Shown: positions 8,301 through 17,124 of the stretch, one piece after another | Position numbering within the stretch: position 1 is the first letter of the stretch | Layout of the letters: every line of letters starts with the position of its first letter | IMG/VR virus record: IMGVR_UViG_3300032292_000879 | Span: 1-27,845 of that record | Length of the DNA: 27,845 nucleotides | Reading direction: 5' to 3' (one strand) | Origin: a virus | Lineage: Duplodnaviria > Caudoviricetes | Notes under the pieces: generated by a model | What the model saw: only the letters and a program-made list of their open reading frames with translations | Told to the model about the DNA's origin: nothing | The model's database searches: none | Translations under genes and position numbers: made by a program

Positions 8301-9213
8301 TCTCTCCGCAATACTGTGAAGCGGCGTAGAAGGCCCATTTGTCGAGTTGGGCGGCTGCAATGTGGTTGCCAAATCCGTAGCGGGTGCTTGTGATTAGGTC
8401 CCATAGGCACCAGGCGGGGTCTGAGGTCCAGACTGAGCTGGCGCTGAACGTTCCATCCCAGACGCCGCTGTAAGTGATGGCGCCGGTTGTGCTGTTTACG
8501 GTGCCATTGCTTGGGATCTTTACTTTGATGCCACGGATGCGGTAGGTGCGGGATGGGATGTTGCTGAACTGTTCTGCGTCGAAACGGAGCGAGATGAGTG
8601 CGGAGTTGGGGTAGGCGAGTTTGGCGTAGGTGACTTCGGTGTAGCTTGTCCAACTAAAGGCATCGGCGAGTGTTGGGTTTTCGCTGTCTGCTGTAACTCG
8701 GGTTACTTTGACGTTTATAGGGAAGGCACCGCTTAGGTCGATGCGGTACTGTTTTTGATACTGTTCGGCACTACGGCCTGTGATGGTGTCATCGATTACG
8801 GTGTTGTAACTGCCGCCGTTGTATTGGATGGCAATTTGGAGCTGGACTGAGGCTCCCTTGATGTCGCCGTCGTTCTGGAACTTCTGAAGGGCAGCGAAGG
8901 AGATGGTTACTTTTACGGCGTTGACGGTGGTATCCGTGATGGAACGGACCACCGGGGTGAGCTGCTGGACAGTGACGCCGACTGCGACTTCGTTGCTTAC
9001 CTCTTCGGTGCCGGTGAGATATGACTGGTTCTGGGTTCCGTTGCGGTAGTTGACGGAGATGCCTTTGAAGTTGAAGGTGCCGTCTGAGTTTTGAAGTGGG
9101 GTGTTGTCTAGGTAGATGGATTTTTCGGACGCCTTGAGGCCTTGGATTTCGCCTTCGCTGATCAGATCGACGATCCGGGCGTAGGAAGTTGAAAATAGGT
9201 TTACAGCGGTCAT
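5380..9213 (-). CDS. Tail tip / host specificity protein, lambda J-like (1277 aa)
   Basis: Motifs DLISEGEIQGL, YRNGTQNQ, LAYPNSAL, WTSDPAWCLWDL, DGFGGTEPRFSCN and CTSRGQARRIGEW, followed by FN3-like repeats. Located after I. Confidence 0.95.
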   Translation of the reverse strand: MTAVNLFSTSYARIVDLISEGEIQGLKASEKSIYLDNTPLQNSDGTFNFKGISVNYRNGTQNQSYLTGTEEVSNEVAVGVTVQQLTPVVRSITDTTVNAVKVTISFAALQKFQNDGDIKGASVQLQIAIQYNGGSYNTVIDDTITGRSAEQYQKQYRIDLSGAFPINVKVTRVTADSENPTLADAFSWTSYTEVTYAKLAYPNSALISLRFDAEQFSNIPSRTYRIRGIKVKIPSNGTVNSTTGAITYSGVWDGTFSASSVWTSDPAWCLWDLITSTRYGFGNHIAAAQLDKWAFYAASQYCGETVADGFGGTEPRFSCNANIQTAEDAYRLINNMCSVFRAMPFWSTGALTVSQDKPADSSYLFTLANVTEEGFTYSGSSLKTRPTVAVVQYLDMDLRDTAYEVVENADGISKFGVIKEEISAFACTSRGQARRIGEWLLYSALYETETCTFTASIDAGVIVRPGQIIEVSDPVRAGSRRGGRITSATTSNVTVDDATGLTATNTPTISVILPDGTVESRAVTTVTGNVVTPSTPFSVAPNPNSVWIFETSTLQTTTWRVLSVQEQDGALYTVTALAYNASKYNYVERNVPLQSRSVSTLLDIPATPTNLDLTEALYTYTNQVRSKIIVTWRNVLGVPQYRVNWRKDSGNWTSVVRQQQDYEILDVTPGFFEVEIYSLNALGIASTNALTGSINALGKTAPPANVATFTATIDPDVGISLNWTAVADLDLQGYEIWQGPSWGAGTKIGVFFATSKKLGLLPAGTTTWWIKALDTSGTYSTTATSASVTVLAAVAPVVSGTFSGDNLNLIWTRVAGTWSTVYYEIRYGSMSDTWSTATVYGTSQSSTISIKASWSGGRRFFIAAVDLVGNYGASATFDAMVTAPSQPTITQQVIDNNVLLQWTDATQTLPIVSYELRKGSTWASATVIGTKQGKFTTVFETAAGTYTYWLAGIDSAGNYGTPGSVTASVNQPPDYILKSDINSTFSGTKTNTASFEGGLIANVNTTETWQSHFTSRSWTTPQDQINAGYAYYAMPSVSTGQYYEDVDYGTVLAGCKVTASITDNNIAGSMSITPKISLRGTSTTAATYSQTTTTITVTSNAHGLVANQLVYLNFTSGTATTGTYVVATAATNTFTVTSATSTTTSGNVSWTGWTSYSNVSSVFGTNFRYIRVQYDFASSGGTDLLQITALNIRLDTKLRTDSGVATANSGDSGGTTVNFSIPFIDVDSITVSPLTTSPVIAVYDFVDAPNPTSFKVLLFNTSGTRVSGTFSWSARGV

Positions 9214-9788
9214 GCTGTTGTTTGCGCGACGTCGATGCCAGCGCTGATTACGACGGAGCCGACCAGCACTTCGCCGTAGACGACTGGAACGGGGACGCCT
9301 TGGCGGCTGGTGTTCTGGATCGAGCTGAAGCTGTAGCTCTTACGGGGGTCGTTATCGGTATCCGGACCAGCGGGGAGTTTGGGGACTGGGCTGAGCAGTT
9401 GGGCGACGCCGCCTAGGGTCAGGCTTGCGCCGATGCCGAAGACCACACTTTTGAGTGCGATGCCGAAGAGGAGAGCACTGCCAGGAATGAAAAGCGAGCC
9501 AACAATTAGGGCAACTCCGGCGAGAATCTTGCCTACCGCACCAGCGCCGGAGACGACGGGGACGATTTTGATGGTCTGTTGGCCGATGGGGTCGTGAAGT
9601 TCTTCGAGGTCGATGTCGCGGTCGTCGAGGCTGACGCGGTAGAACTGGTCGGCCATGTGCTGCTCAAGGGCGGGCCAGTTCGTTAGAAGGAAACGCATCG
9701 CTTCTGCCGTGCTGGCGACATCAGCTTTAAGGACACGGTGCCCAACAAACTTAGCGAGTTTTCCGTAAAGCCGAATTTTACGAAGCAT
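9210..9788 (-). CDS. Tail assembly protein, lambda I-like
   Basis: IRLYGKLAK at the N-terminus, a Gly-rich hydrophobic middle, and [35 protein letters not shown] at the C-terminus. Confidence 0.93.
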   Translation of the reverse strand: MLRKIRLYGKLAKFVGHRVLKADVASTAEAMRFLLTNWPALEQHMADQFYRVSLDDRDIDLEELHDPIGQQTIKIVPVVSGAGAVGKILAGVALIVGSLFIPGSALLFGIALKSVVFGIGASLTLGGVAQLLSPVPKLPAGPDTDNDPRKSYSFSSIQNTSRQGVPVPVVYGEVLVGSVVISAGIDVAQTTA

Positions 9789-10485
9789 GTCTAAGGCGGC
9801 GCCCAGTCCATCTTACGAGCGCTCCGTCGTAAAGGTCGCGTGATGAGAGGCGGCCTTGGATGTGGTGAAGGATAAGTTGGTCGCCGAGGTAGACGGCGCA
9901 GTGGTTTAGCGCGGGGCAGTTGAGGCGGATGAGGAGGAGGTCCCCTGGAGCGAGGGCTTCGTCTTCGGTGAGTTCGCGGAAGCCGGTAGCGGCCCAGGAT
10001 TCGTCGAAGGTGGGGTCCTTGAGGAAGTCGTTGGGAGTGGGAGGGCGATCCCAGTCACGGAGGTAGATGCCTTGTTGGGCGTACCAGTCGCGGGCCAGGG
10101 TCCAGCAGTCTTGGACGGCCCAGACCCACTCGCGCCCGATGAGGGGCGGAACGTAGCCACTGGGAAGGAGGTCGTGCCAGGCCTCGGAGGTGGGGTTGAC
10201 GATGTACCAGGGCAGTCCCGATTTCTCACAGGAAACGACGTCGGCCTGGGTAGGGGTAGGAGGTGTGCGGGGATGGCTGTGAACGACTCCGATGATTTCA
10301 CCGGCATCTTCAGCATTTGCATAATCATCAGGGTCGATAATGAACATATCATTAGGGGACTCCGCTAAGTTTGTGCAGGGCAGGTATGTCTCAGTTCCTT
10401 CGATAATTGTAACTAAGCCGCAGCTTTCCGCAGGAACTTGCGATTTCGCGTGCGAAAGAGCGTCCTGACGTACCTGAGAGTTCAT
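9778..10485 (-). CDS. Tail assembly protein, lambda K-like (JAB/MPN + NlpC/P60)
   Basis: JAB motif ESCG...VVHSHP...D. NlpC/P60 motifs [16 protein letters not shown] and ILHH. Confidence 0.95.
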   Translation of the reverse strand: MNSQVRQDALSHAKSQVPAESCGLVTIIEGTETYLPCTNLAESPNDMFIIDPDDYANAEDAGEIIGVVHSHPRTPPTPTQADVVSCEKSGLPWYIVNPTSEAWHDLLPSGYVPPLIGREWVWAVQDCWTLARDWYAQQGIYLRDWDRPPTPNDFLKDPTFDESWAATGFRELTEDEALAPGDLLLIRLNCPALNHCAVYLGDQLILHHIQGRLSSRDLYDGALVRWTGRRLRHAS

Positions 10486-11198
10486 GTGAAGTAGGTGCCC
10501 ACACCTGGAAAACTACCAAACGGGAGCTGCGCTGTCGCTCCAAAGCGAACCTTGCAACTACTTAGCCGCTTACCGCACACATCATTAGCGATGGTGGTGG
10601 CAACGTCATTTTCCGTAAAGTAATTGGTGCCGGTGTAGCTGCATTCGGTGGAGCGGTAGACCCACTGGCAGATGTTGGAGATGCACTGGCGCTTGGGGGC
10701 GCGGACGCCGATGAGGTCGAAGGCGGCGGCCAGCTCGAACTCAACGAGGTCGCGGGTCTCGGCAGACTTGCGATCGATGTAGTAGACCTCGCGGGGGAAT
10801 TCGGCGGTGGGGTCGGGGGTGCCGTAGGGGTTCGTACCACCGGGGAAGTTCACGGCGTCGATGTAGCGGGCCATGGTGCGGATGCGCGTGACCTTGGCGC
10901 CTTCGAGGGGAGTGGCCAGCAGCAGGGCGGTGACGGTGCCGAAGATGTTGCTGACGCGGATCTTGGGGCGGGGGAGCTGACCGTTGCCTGAATACTCGAA
11001 GCCTTCTGCTTCGATGGGGAAGGCTTGGTAGGTCTGACCGGACCAGACCAGATCGCCGTTCGTTGAAAGGGCGTTTGTGCCGGAGTGGTAGCGGTAAATT
11101 GTTGTGCTGCCTTGGATGGCTTGGATGAACTGCAGCTCGTACAGCTCGATGATGGAGCTGGGAGCGATTGATTGCAGCTCGGAGACTGGTACGGTCAT
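10482..11198 (-). CDS. Minor tail protein, lambda L-like
   Basis: [12 protein letters not shown]...[10 protein letters not shown] and GAKVTRIRT, plus the C-terminal Cys cluster [11 protein letters not shown]...[10 protein letters not shown], which binds Fe-S in lambda gpL. Confidence 0.95.
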   Translation of the reverse strand: MTVPVSELQSIAPSSIIELYELQFIQAIQGSTTIYRYHSGTNALSTNGDLVWSGQTYQAFPIEAEGFEYSGNGQLPRPKIRVSNIFGTVTALLLATPLEGAKVTRIRTMARYIDAVNFPGGTNPYGTPDPTAEFPREVYYIDRKSAETRDLVEFELAAAFDLIGVRAPKRQCISNICQWVYRSTECSYTGTNYFTENDVATTIANDVCGKRLSSCKVRFGATAQLPFGSFPGVGTYFT

Positions 11199-11530
11199 GC
11201 TTCGTAGACCTGACGAAACTTAGCGGTAATGTTGTTGAAATTACAGCTTACCATTTCTAGGTTCCATTCGTCGCACACATACTTACCGGCGGTGCCGCGA
11301 GGGGGTGTCCAGTCGAAGGAGGTGACACCAGCTTGGGTCTCGAAGAAGGTGAGGATGTTGTCGCGTTCGGTATCGCTGCGATTGTTGAACTGGAGGCTCC
11401 ATTCCTTGGGGTCGGTGTGGAGGCCGAAGCGCACACGTTGCTCGTAGCCGTCACCGGCTTGGAAGCGGCGAACGCGAGGGCGGCTGCTTTCGGAAGCAGC
11501 GAAGCTAGGGGTGTAGGAAAACGTCGCCAT
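11195..11530 (-). CDS. Distal tail protein, lambda M-like
   Basis: PRVRRFQAGDGYEQR, SFDWTPP and ITAKFRQVYE. Lies between the tape measure gene and L. Confidence 0.93.
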   Translation of the reverse strand: MATFSYTPSFAASESSRPRVRRFQAGDGYEQRVRFGLHTDPKEWSLQFNNRSDTERDNILTFFETQAGVTSFDWTPPRGTAGKYVCDEWNLEMVSCNFNNITAKFRQVYEA

Positions 11531-11543
11531 GATCTGTGTGAGA

Positions 11544-14500
11544 TTAAGTGAGTAGACCGCCAGGCCGACGTTGCTTAATTAGTTCGGCTTGGACAGCTTG
11601 GGAAATTACGCGGCCGAGTTGTTCGCCTCTGTTGCTGTTGCCTTCAGCGTTGGTGCCCTTGGCATCGACGTTGACTGTGACGTTGTAGTTGCCGCCGCCA
11701 CCGGCGACGCCCAGGCGGCCGTCGCGTCCTCGGCGGAGTGGGACGATTGCTTCAGGACCGGCCTCACCCATAAGTCCCGTTCCAGGGATGCCGCCGTTGG
11801 CGTACTTGAACAGCGTGGGCTGCGTAACAATGCCGCCCATGGCGAAGGGTTGGATGCCGTTGCTTGCGAAGACATTGCCTTTAGCTGAAGCGGAAGCCAA
11901 GCCAATGTTGTACGCACCACCACCACCACCACCATCATCAAATCCGAAGATGCTTCTAATCCCGCTAAGGATGTTGCGCAGAATGAACTGCTGAATAATT
12001 ATGCGTGTAGTCTGCTGAATTATGTCGAGGGCGAATTGCTTGAAATTAGCGCTGCCTGTGGTTACAAGGCTGAAGATGGCGTCCTCGACGCCCTTGATGC
12101 CGTTGATGGTGAGGTCGGTTGTGGCCTTGCGGAGAGTGCCGATGGATTCGACGTACTGGTTTATGCCTTCTTGGAAGCCGGTGCCGATGCGGAGATCCTG
12201 CATCCGCTTCATAGCGTCGAGCTGTTTGTAGTATTCTTTTGTGGTTTTGACTAGGACGTTGTAGTTGTCTGTAAGTCTATTTGTATTAGCAGTTGTTTCT
12301 GCTGCCCCTAGTTTTGTAAGAGCCAACTGCTGAATACCTTTCTGATATATGTCATTGTATTTATTTAACGCGGTGGTTAGCTCTGGGTTTATACCATTTC
12401 GTTGAATTAAAATCTGCAACTCTAGGTCAGTATTAATTCTACCTACTTCCGTAGCTGTATTATTGATTATGTCTTGAACAAGTTTAAGTTTGTCTCTTTG
12501 CTCTTCTGTAAGCGCATTAGTTTCTTCAGCGCTGCGCTGAGCCTGTCGAGCTGCATCCGCACCAGCGGCGGCATTTGTAACGAACTGAGGAGCTGTAAAT
12601 ATAGGTGCTGCTGTTTGAGGAGACGGTACAGAGTATTTAACAGTAGGTGCATTTATAGATCCTTGTAACTGCTTGATCAGTGCATCTCTTTCACGTTCAA
12701 GACGAGAATAAATAAAACTTAACCTAAGTATCGCAGCTTCGTATCGCTGCGTATCCATGCCTGCTTGTGCTATGTCTGTTTGTGGAATTCCTGCTGCAGC
12801 ACGCAGTCCAGCCGGATCGCTTAGTTTTGCCTGTACATCTACAAGACGCAAACTAGCGGTTAGACGACTTGCAGCTCTACCTGTAACATCATCCATTATA
12901 TTTGCAACAGTCTTAGCGTAATTTACTTGTATTTCGCCGATGCGCTTAGCGTATGTTTCGTTGGCCTTGTTTAGTGATTGCGCAGTCTTAAGTTCAAAGT
13001 CGGCAATAGTTTGCTTTTGTTTGCGCTCTGCGTCAGCAGCTTTTTGTGCTGCTGTGATTTTTGCGGTTTCGGTGTTGCGTTCGATTTCAGCGATCTGCTG
13101 CTCGAAGTCAACAAGGCGGGGGTCTTCGCCCGCGATCTTGCGTTGGAGGAAGGTGATGTCTTGGCGTACTGCAGCGGTATTGCGCAGCGTGTTGGCGGTC
13201 TCGCGCTCGGCTTGGAGGCGGTCTTCGTTGAACTGACGCTCCAGGTCGCGGGCCTGCTCGATGGCGGCTTTGCGAATCTCGGCGATTTGCTCTTCGTATT
13301 GCTTGCGGGTGTCGAAGAGCTGCTCTTCGCGTTGTGTGATTGCTTGAAGTAGAGATTTGCCTCCCTGCTCTTTCAGACGTTTTACTTCTTCAGATTCTTC
13401 TTTTTGACGCTGATTTTTACGATTATCTGACGAAGTTTTAACAGCTTTATCATAATCAGCTAAGGCAGCTTTTAATGTTTCTATACGCTGCTTAATAGCA
13501 TCTTTTGATGGAAATAGTAAATCAGCGCTCACTCCCATAGCAGGAGTAAATATACCGCCACCCCCGAATTTAATAATGCTATTAATTATACCATTAGCGG
13601 TCGCTCCTTGAGATTTATACTCAGCTTGAGCTGTATTAATTTGATCAACAATAGATTGTCTATTGGGTGTGGCACCTTTTCCCAGCAGTGCGGAGTCTAA
13701 AAAGTAGTTTGATCCTGGATTGATTGCTTTTAGTTTTATGGCACGATCGATGATGCTGTCGAGAGCTTTTACAGCTCGTGTTGCGAAGTCCTGGAAGGCC
13801 GCACCAGCGGGCGAAAGAGCGTCGCCAATAGTTTTTTGTAGGTCCTGTAGAGCCAGCTCTAGCCGGGCACCTGCTTGCGCCGGAGATTGAGAGATTGTTT
13901 CAGCAGTCTTAGCGCTTTCGTTGCGCAGATACTGCAGAAATTTATTGAAGTCTGCAATGCCGACTTCGCCTCGTTTAAGAGCGGTGTCAAGCTCTCCGGT
14001 GGACTTATTAGCGGACTCCGCAAACTTAGCAAACGCACCAGCGAGGCGTTCACCGATCTGGTTGCGAAGCTCTTCTGCAGTGACTTTGCCCTTACTGAAG
14101 ACCTGTTGGGCAGCTCGGAGAGCGCCATTGACATCTTCAGTGCCGCCTCCGGTAGCAATAACAGCAGCGGTGAGACCTTCAAAAGCGGTTTGAGCTTCCT
14201 GGATCGTTCCACCGGAGCCAACAACAGCCGCTGATAGTTTTGTGAATTGCTCAGTGGCGTCCTTGATCGGAACGTTGAAGCGAGAAGAGATACTCTCAAT
14301 AGCTTGTAGTGCTGTTCTGTAGTCCTCGAAGCTGCCTACGGAGTCCTGCAGAGCAATACGCAGTTTTGAGATTTCGGCGGCGTAAGTTGCTGCACCAGCT
14401 ATCTGCTGTCGGAACATTCCAACCTGCGCACCGATGGCAGAGCCTGCGAATGCTCCACCTAGGGCGCCGGGGCCGCCTCCGGCTAGGAAGCCGCCAGCGG

Positions 14501-16307
14501 CACCGAGGACGCCGCCGAGCAGGCCTTCTGGGCCGCCGAAGATCCCGCCGGAGATCACTGCACCAGCCGTTTGAGCTGCGCCGATGCCGGTGAAGCCTTT
14601 GCGTTTAGCTCGCCCTTGTAGACGCTCTATCTTGCCATTAAGGACGTCGATATCATCGCCAGCACGTCTAAAAGCTGGGCTAAGTGGATTTACTGCGTTA
14701 CGCAGCTCTTCAAATAAGCGCTTTTGGAGTTGTAGTTCGTCAACACTGCCTCTACTTGCCTGACCAACTTTGTTTATATCTATGTAGATTTCCTTGAGTG
14801 GGCGACTTGCTTTTATAGTGCTTGCGGATAGATCCGCAAGATTTTGCCTTAGATTAGCGACAGCGGCTGAGCCGGCTTGTACGTCTGGCAGGTTAAAGAA
14901 GCCTTCCAGCGAGCGCCGCCTAAGAACATCGACTGTTCCTCCAGCAGGAGCGGGGCGAGTCGTGGATTCAGTGCGCCCTGGAACGAGCGAACGAGCCATG
15001 CCTCGGCCAGTGGAGGACGTTCCACCCACAGGAGGAAGCAGCGGTACACCTGGCGCCAAGCCAGCGTTTACAATACTTTGGTAAGCTGTAGTTGAAGCAA
15101 CAGTAGCAGCATTGTTTAGGTAGAGATTAGTAAGATTGCGCGTGGTGGCCGAGGCGCGTTGGGCAGCGGCTGCGTCTGTAGCAGCGTTCGCTACGTTTCT
15201 GTAACTAGTTGTGAGTTTGTTTAGTTGCGCCTCTAAAGCAACAATCTGATTGTTGTATTGTGCAAACTGCCTAGCGCCGTCGATAGTTGACTGGTCAATA
15301 TTATTTACTTCACTGCGTAGGGTGTTAAGAGCATTTGTTATTGTGTTGATTGTTGTTGGGGTTTCGCCTGCTTGGATGCTGCGTACCAACGCTTGACCTA
15401 GGCCGACTGTGGCTTGAGCAGCTTGATTTTCTACTCGGGCGATCTCGACAAGAGTAGCGATAAATTGATCGGAAGTTATGATAGTAGAGTTTAGATCCGC
15501 TCTAAGTTCGCGTAGGCGCTGCGGAAACTGAGCAAGTACGTTAGCCAGCTCAGGTAGAGATTGTCCTCCAATACCGAAACGGCGTTGGTATTCAGGATCT
15601 GCAACAATTTCAGCTTGAGCATTTATAGCTTGGCGTTCCAGGATTCGAGGGGCGCCAGAAAGCTGATTTAGGCGGCGCTGAGCTACGGCGAGTTTTTCTG
15701 CGGACAGGCTTGAGTCATTTAGGGCAACTTGGTACGCACGCCACTGCTTTAGTACAGCTTCAGGTCGAACACCAAGGATCTGCGTCAGAGCGTTTACGTG
15801 GGTGCGTGATGCAGTGGTGGCTGTGTCTAGCTGTGTGCGGAATCCAGCGATGTCACGCCCGAGCTGTTCATAGGCTGCTGAGCCGCCTCTGGTTTGCTGC
15901 TGGAGGCGCTCCAGGGCAGAGATACTGGTGCGCAGGGCTTCTGCGTTTGCTTTTGATGCGGTCGCGGCTTTTACAAGGGCCTCGCGCTGCTTGTCGATTT
16001 CGCTGGTGGAACCGCGCAGTTCTGCATCAAGGCTTCCAATGTCGTTGCCGAGTTCTCTGTAAGTTTCGGTGGTGTAGCCTGCTTGCTTCTGGAGGCTTTT
16101 GAGGGCTTCAATCTGGCCCTTGATTAGTTGTTCGGAGCGGGCGTTGGTGTTGCCGAAGGCAAGAACTTCTTGGCGTAGCGCTTCGAGGTTTACATTGGCA
16201 GGCGCAATGACTTTGCTCAGTTCACGGAAAGAGCTACGTAGGCTGCTTAGCGCTTCCGCGTTTTGAATGTTTAGCCTTACAAAAATATCCTCTACTTGCT
16301 TAGCCAC
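11544..16307 (-). CDS. Tape measure protein (1587 aa)
   Basis: Longest ORF, GTG start, helical A/Q/E/L-rich. Contains the tape-measure domain QVFSKGKVTAEELRNQIGERL and a lambda-type C-terminus FAMGGIV...GEAGPEAIVPL...QRRPGGLL. Confidence 0.95.
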   Translation of the reverse strand: MAKQVEDIFVRLNIQNAEALSSLRSSFRELSKVIAPANVNLEALRQEVLAFGNTNARSEQLIKGQIEALKSLQKQAGYTTETYRELGNDIGSLDAELRGSTSEIDKQREALVKAATASKANAEALRTSISALERLQQQTRGGSAAYEQLGRDIAGFRTQLDTATTASRTHVNALTQILGVRPEAVLKQWRAYQVALNDSSLSAEKLAVAQRRLNQLSGAPRILERQAINAQAEIVADPEYQRRFGIGGQSLPELANVLAQFPQRLRELRADLNSTIITSDQFIATLVEIARVENQAAQATVGLGQALVRSIQAGETPTTINTITNALNTLRSEVNNIDQSTIDGARQFAQYNNQIVALEAQLNKLTTSYRNVANAATDAAAAQRASATTRNLTNLYLNNAATVASTTAYQSIVNAGLAPGVPLLPPVGGTSSTGRGMARSLVPGRTESTTRPAPAGGTVDVLRRRSLEGFFNLPDVQAGSAAVANLRQNLADLSASTIKASRPLKEIYIDINKVGQASRGSVDELQLQKRLFEELRNAVNPLSPAFRRAGDDIDVLNGKIERLQGRAKRKGFTGIGAAQTAGAVISGGIFGGPEGLLGGVLGAAGGFLAGGGPGALGGAFAGSAIGAQVGMFRQQIAGAATYAAEISKLRIALQDSVGSFEDYRTALQAIESISSRFNVPIKDATEQFTKLSAAVVGSGGTIQEAQTAFEGLTAAVIATGGGTEDVNGALRAAQQVFSKGKVTAEELRNQIGERLAGAFAKFAESANKSTGELDTALKRGEVGIADFNKFLQYLRNESAKTAETISQSPAQAGARLELALQDLQKTIGDALSPAGAAFQDFATRAVKALDSIIDRAIKLKAINPGSNYFLDSALLGKGATPNRQSIVDQINTAQAEYKSQGATANGIINSIIKFGGGGIFTPAMGVSADLLFPSKDAIKQRIETLKAALADYDKAVKTSSDNRKNQRQKEESEEVKRLKEQGGKSLLQAITQREEQLFDTRKQYEEQIAEIRKAAIEQARDLERQFNEDRLQAERETANTLRNTAAVRQDITFLQRKIAGEDPRLVDFEQQIAEIERNTETAKITAAQKAADAERKQKQTIADFELKTAQSLNKANETYAKRIGEIQVNYAKTVANIMDDVTGRAASRLTASLRLVDVQAKLSDPAGLRAAAGIPQTDIAQAGMDTQRYEAAILRLSFIYSRLERERDALIKQLQGSINAPTVKYSVPSPQTAAPIFTAPQFVTNAAAGADAARQAQRSAEETNALTEEQRDKLKLVQDIINNTATEVGRINTDLELQILIQRNGINPELTTALNKYNDIYQKGIQQLALTKLGAAETTANTNRLTDNYNVLVKTTKEYYKQLDAMKRMQDLRIGTGFQEGINQYVESIGTLRKATTDLTINGIKGVEDAIFSLVTTGSANFKQFALDIIQQTTRIIIQQFILRNILSGIRSIFGFDDGGGGGGAYNIGLASASAKGNVFASNGIQPFAMGGIVTQPTLFKYANGGIPGTGLMGEAGPEAIVPLRRGRDGRLGVAGGGGNYNVTVNVDAKGTNAEGNSNRGEQLGRVISQAVQAELIKQRRPGGLLT

Positions 16308-16665
16308 GTTCGTCTTCCTCCAACTTTTCGGCGAAGACGCTCAGGGCGGCGGATTCCATGATCTGCAGGCCCTCAAGCATGGTTCGACGGTCCTCAATGC
16401 AGTATAGATCGAACAGGCCGCCCGGATTTAGCAGGACGTCGTAGCGCAGGCCGACGTAGCCAGCCATACTTACGGTCCACTGGGTTTCCATACGGAGGAA
16501 CATCATCACGATGTCCCAGTTTTCATCCCAGACGATGAAGGTGCCGTCGGTAGGGGAGGTGGGGGCCGGGAGGCTTAGGCCGAAGGCTTTGGCGTCTTCG
16601 TTGGTGGTGTCGATGACGCGGGTGAAGCCTCCGGCCCAGTGCCGGGCGGCCTCTTTCAGTTTCCC
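16300..16665 (-). CDS. Tail assembly chaperone T part (DUF1799-like), expressed as a G-T fusion via -1 frameshift
   Basis: The frame is open from the slippery site: GKLKEAARHWAGG...FIVWDENWDIVMMFLRMETQW...GLRY...LQIMESAAL. The track's 16300..16509 ORF is only its 3' part. Confidence 0.88.
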   Translation of the reverse strand, partial: GKLKEAARHWAGGFTRVIDTTNEDAKAFGLSLPAPTSPTDGTFIVWDENWDIVMMFLRMETQWTVSMAGYVGLRYDVLLNPGGLFDLYCIEDRRTMLEGLQIMESAALSVFAEKLEEDERG

Positions 16666-16985
16666 GCTTGGGCGCCGTCGAAGGTGGAGGTGTAGGCCTT
16701 GAGGACGCCGCGCATCCAGTAGGGGTCGTCAGCGAACTCCTTGACCGCTTCCATGGAGAAGGGGATCGAGGTGTTGGTGGCCTCGTCCTCCATGCCGTCC
16801 CAGTCGGTGAGGATGGCCTTGAGGAGGGCCATGTCGCCCTTGTTGCTGAGGCGGGCGAACTCGGCGCGTCCCACGCGGCGGAAAACGGCGTCGAAGGTGC
16901 TGGTGGAGAACGTTCCACCGTCGGAGGGTTCTTCGACGTTGACCGGCCACTTGAAGGTCTTGACCGTCTTGCGGACGAATGCCAT
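16656..16985 (-). CDS. Tail assembly chaperone, lambda G-like (109 aa; start corrected to ATG 16985)
   Basis: MAFVRKTVKTFKWPVNVEEPSDGG...ILTDWDGMEDE...QAGN. Lies between the tail tube and tape measure genes. Confidence 0.88.
   Translation of the reverse strand: MAFVRKTVKTFKWPVNVEEPSDGGTFSTSTFDAVFRRVGRAEFARLSNKGDMALLKAILTDWDGMEDEATNTSIPFSMEAVKEFADDPYWMRGVLKAYTSTFDGAQAGN
16659..16665 (-). other. Programmed -1 ribosomal frameshift slippery site GGGAAAC
   Basis: Coding strand reads GCG GGA AAC TGA, an X XXY YYZ heptamer just before the G stop. The -1 frame continues to 16300. Confidence 0.9.
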
Positions 16986-17020
16986 AGGTTTGCGTGGGGA
17001 TTGACGAAAACAGTCTAGCA

Positions 17021-17069
17021 ATAAAAAGTCCGCTAGGCCTTTACTGCATTATGCAGTAGGACTAGCGGA
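17021..17069 (-). terminator. Rho-independent terminator after the tail tube gene
   Basis: Minus strand TCCGCTAG-TCC-TACTGCAT-A-ATGCAGTA-AAGGC-CTAGCGGA-CTTTTTAT: a long nested hairpin followed by a U-tract. Confidence 0.8.
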
Positions 17070-17124
17070 GCTTAGTGGTGCGGCTTAGCGGCGGAGCTTA
17101 GTGCGGCGGCTTAGCGAGGCTTAG
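17070..17124. repeat. Five GCTTAG copies, 13/13/13/10-nt spacing
   Basis: GCTTAG at 17070, 17083, 17096, 17109 and 17119. Confidence 0.9.

Noticed and set aside
11914-11940. (CAC)n microsatellite in the tape measure gene
   Set aside because: It encodes an in-frame Gly linker (DDGGGGGG). A triplet unit cannot cause phase variation.
16523-16918. 131-aa ORF as the frameshift partner of G
   Set aside because: It is in the wrong frame and low-complexity. The -1 frame leading into 16300..16509 gives the recognisable T sequence.
17070-17124. Possible mini-CRISPR array
   Set aside because: The 6-nt core and 13-nt period are far too short, with no unique spacers and no cas genes.
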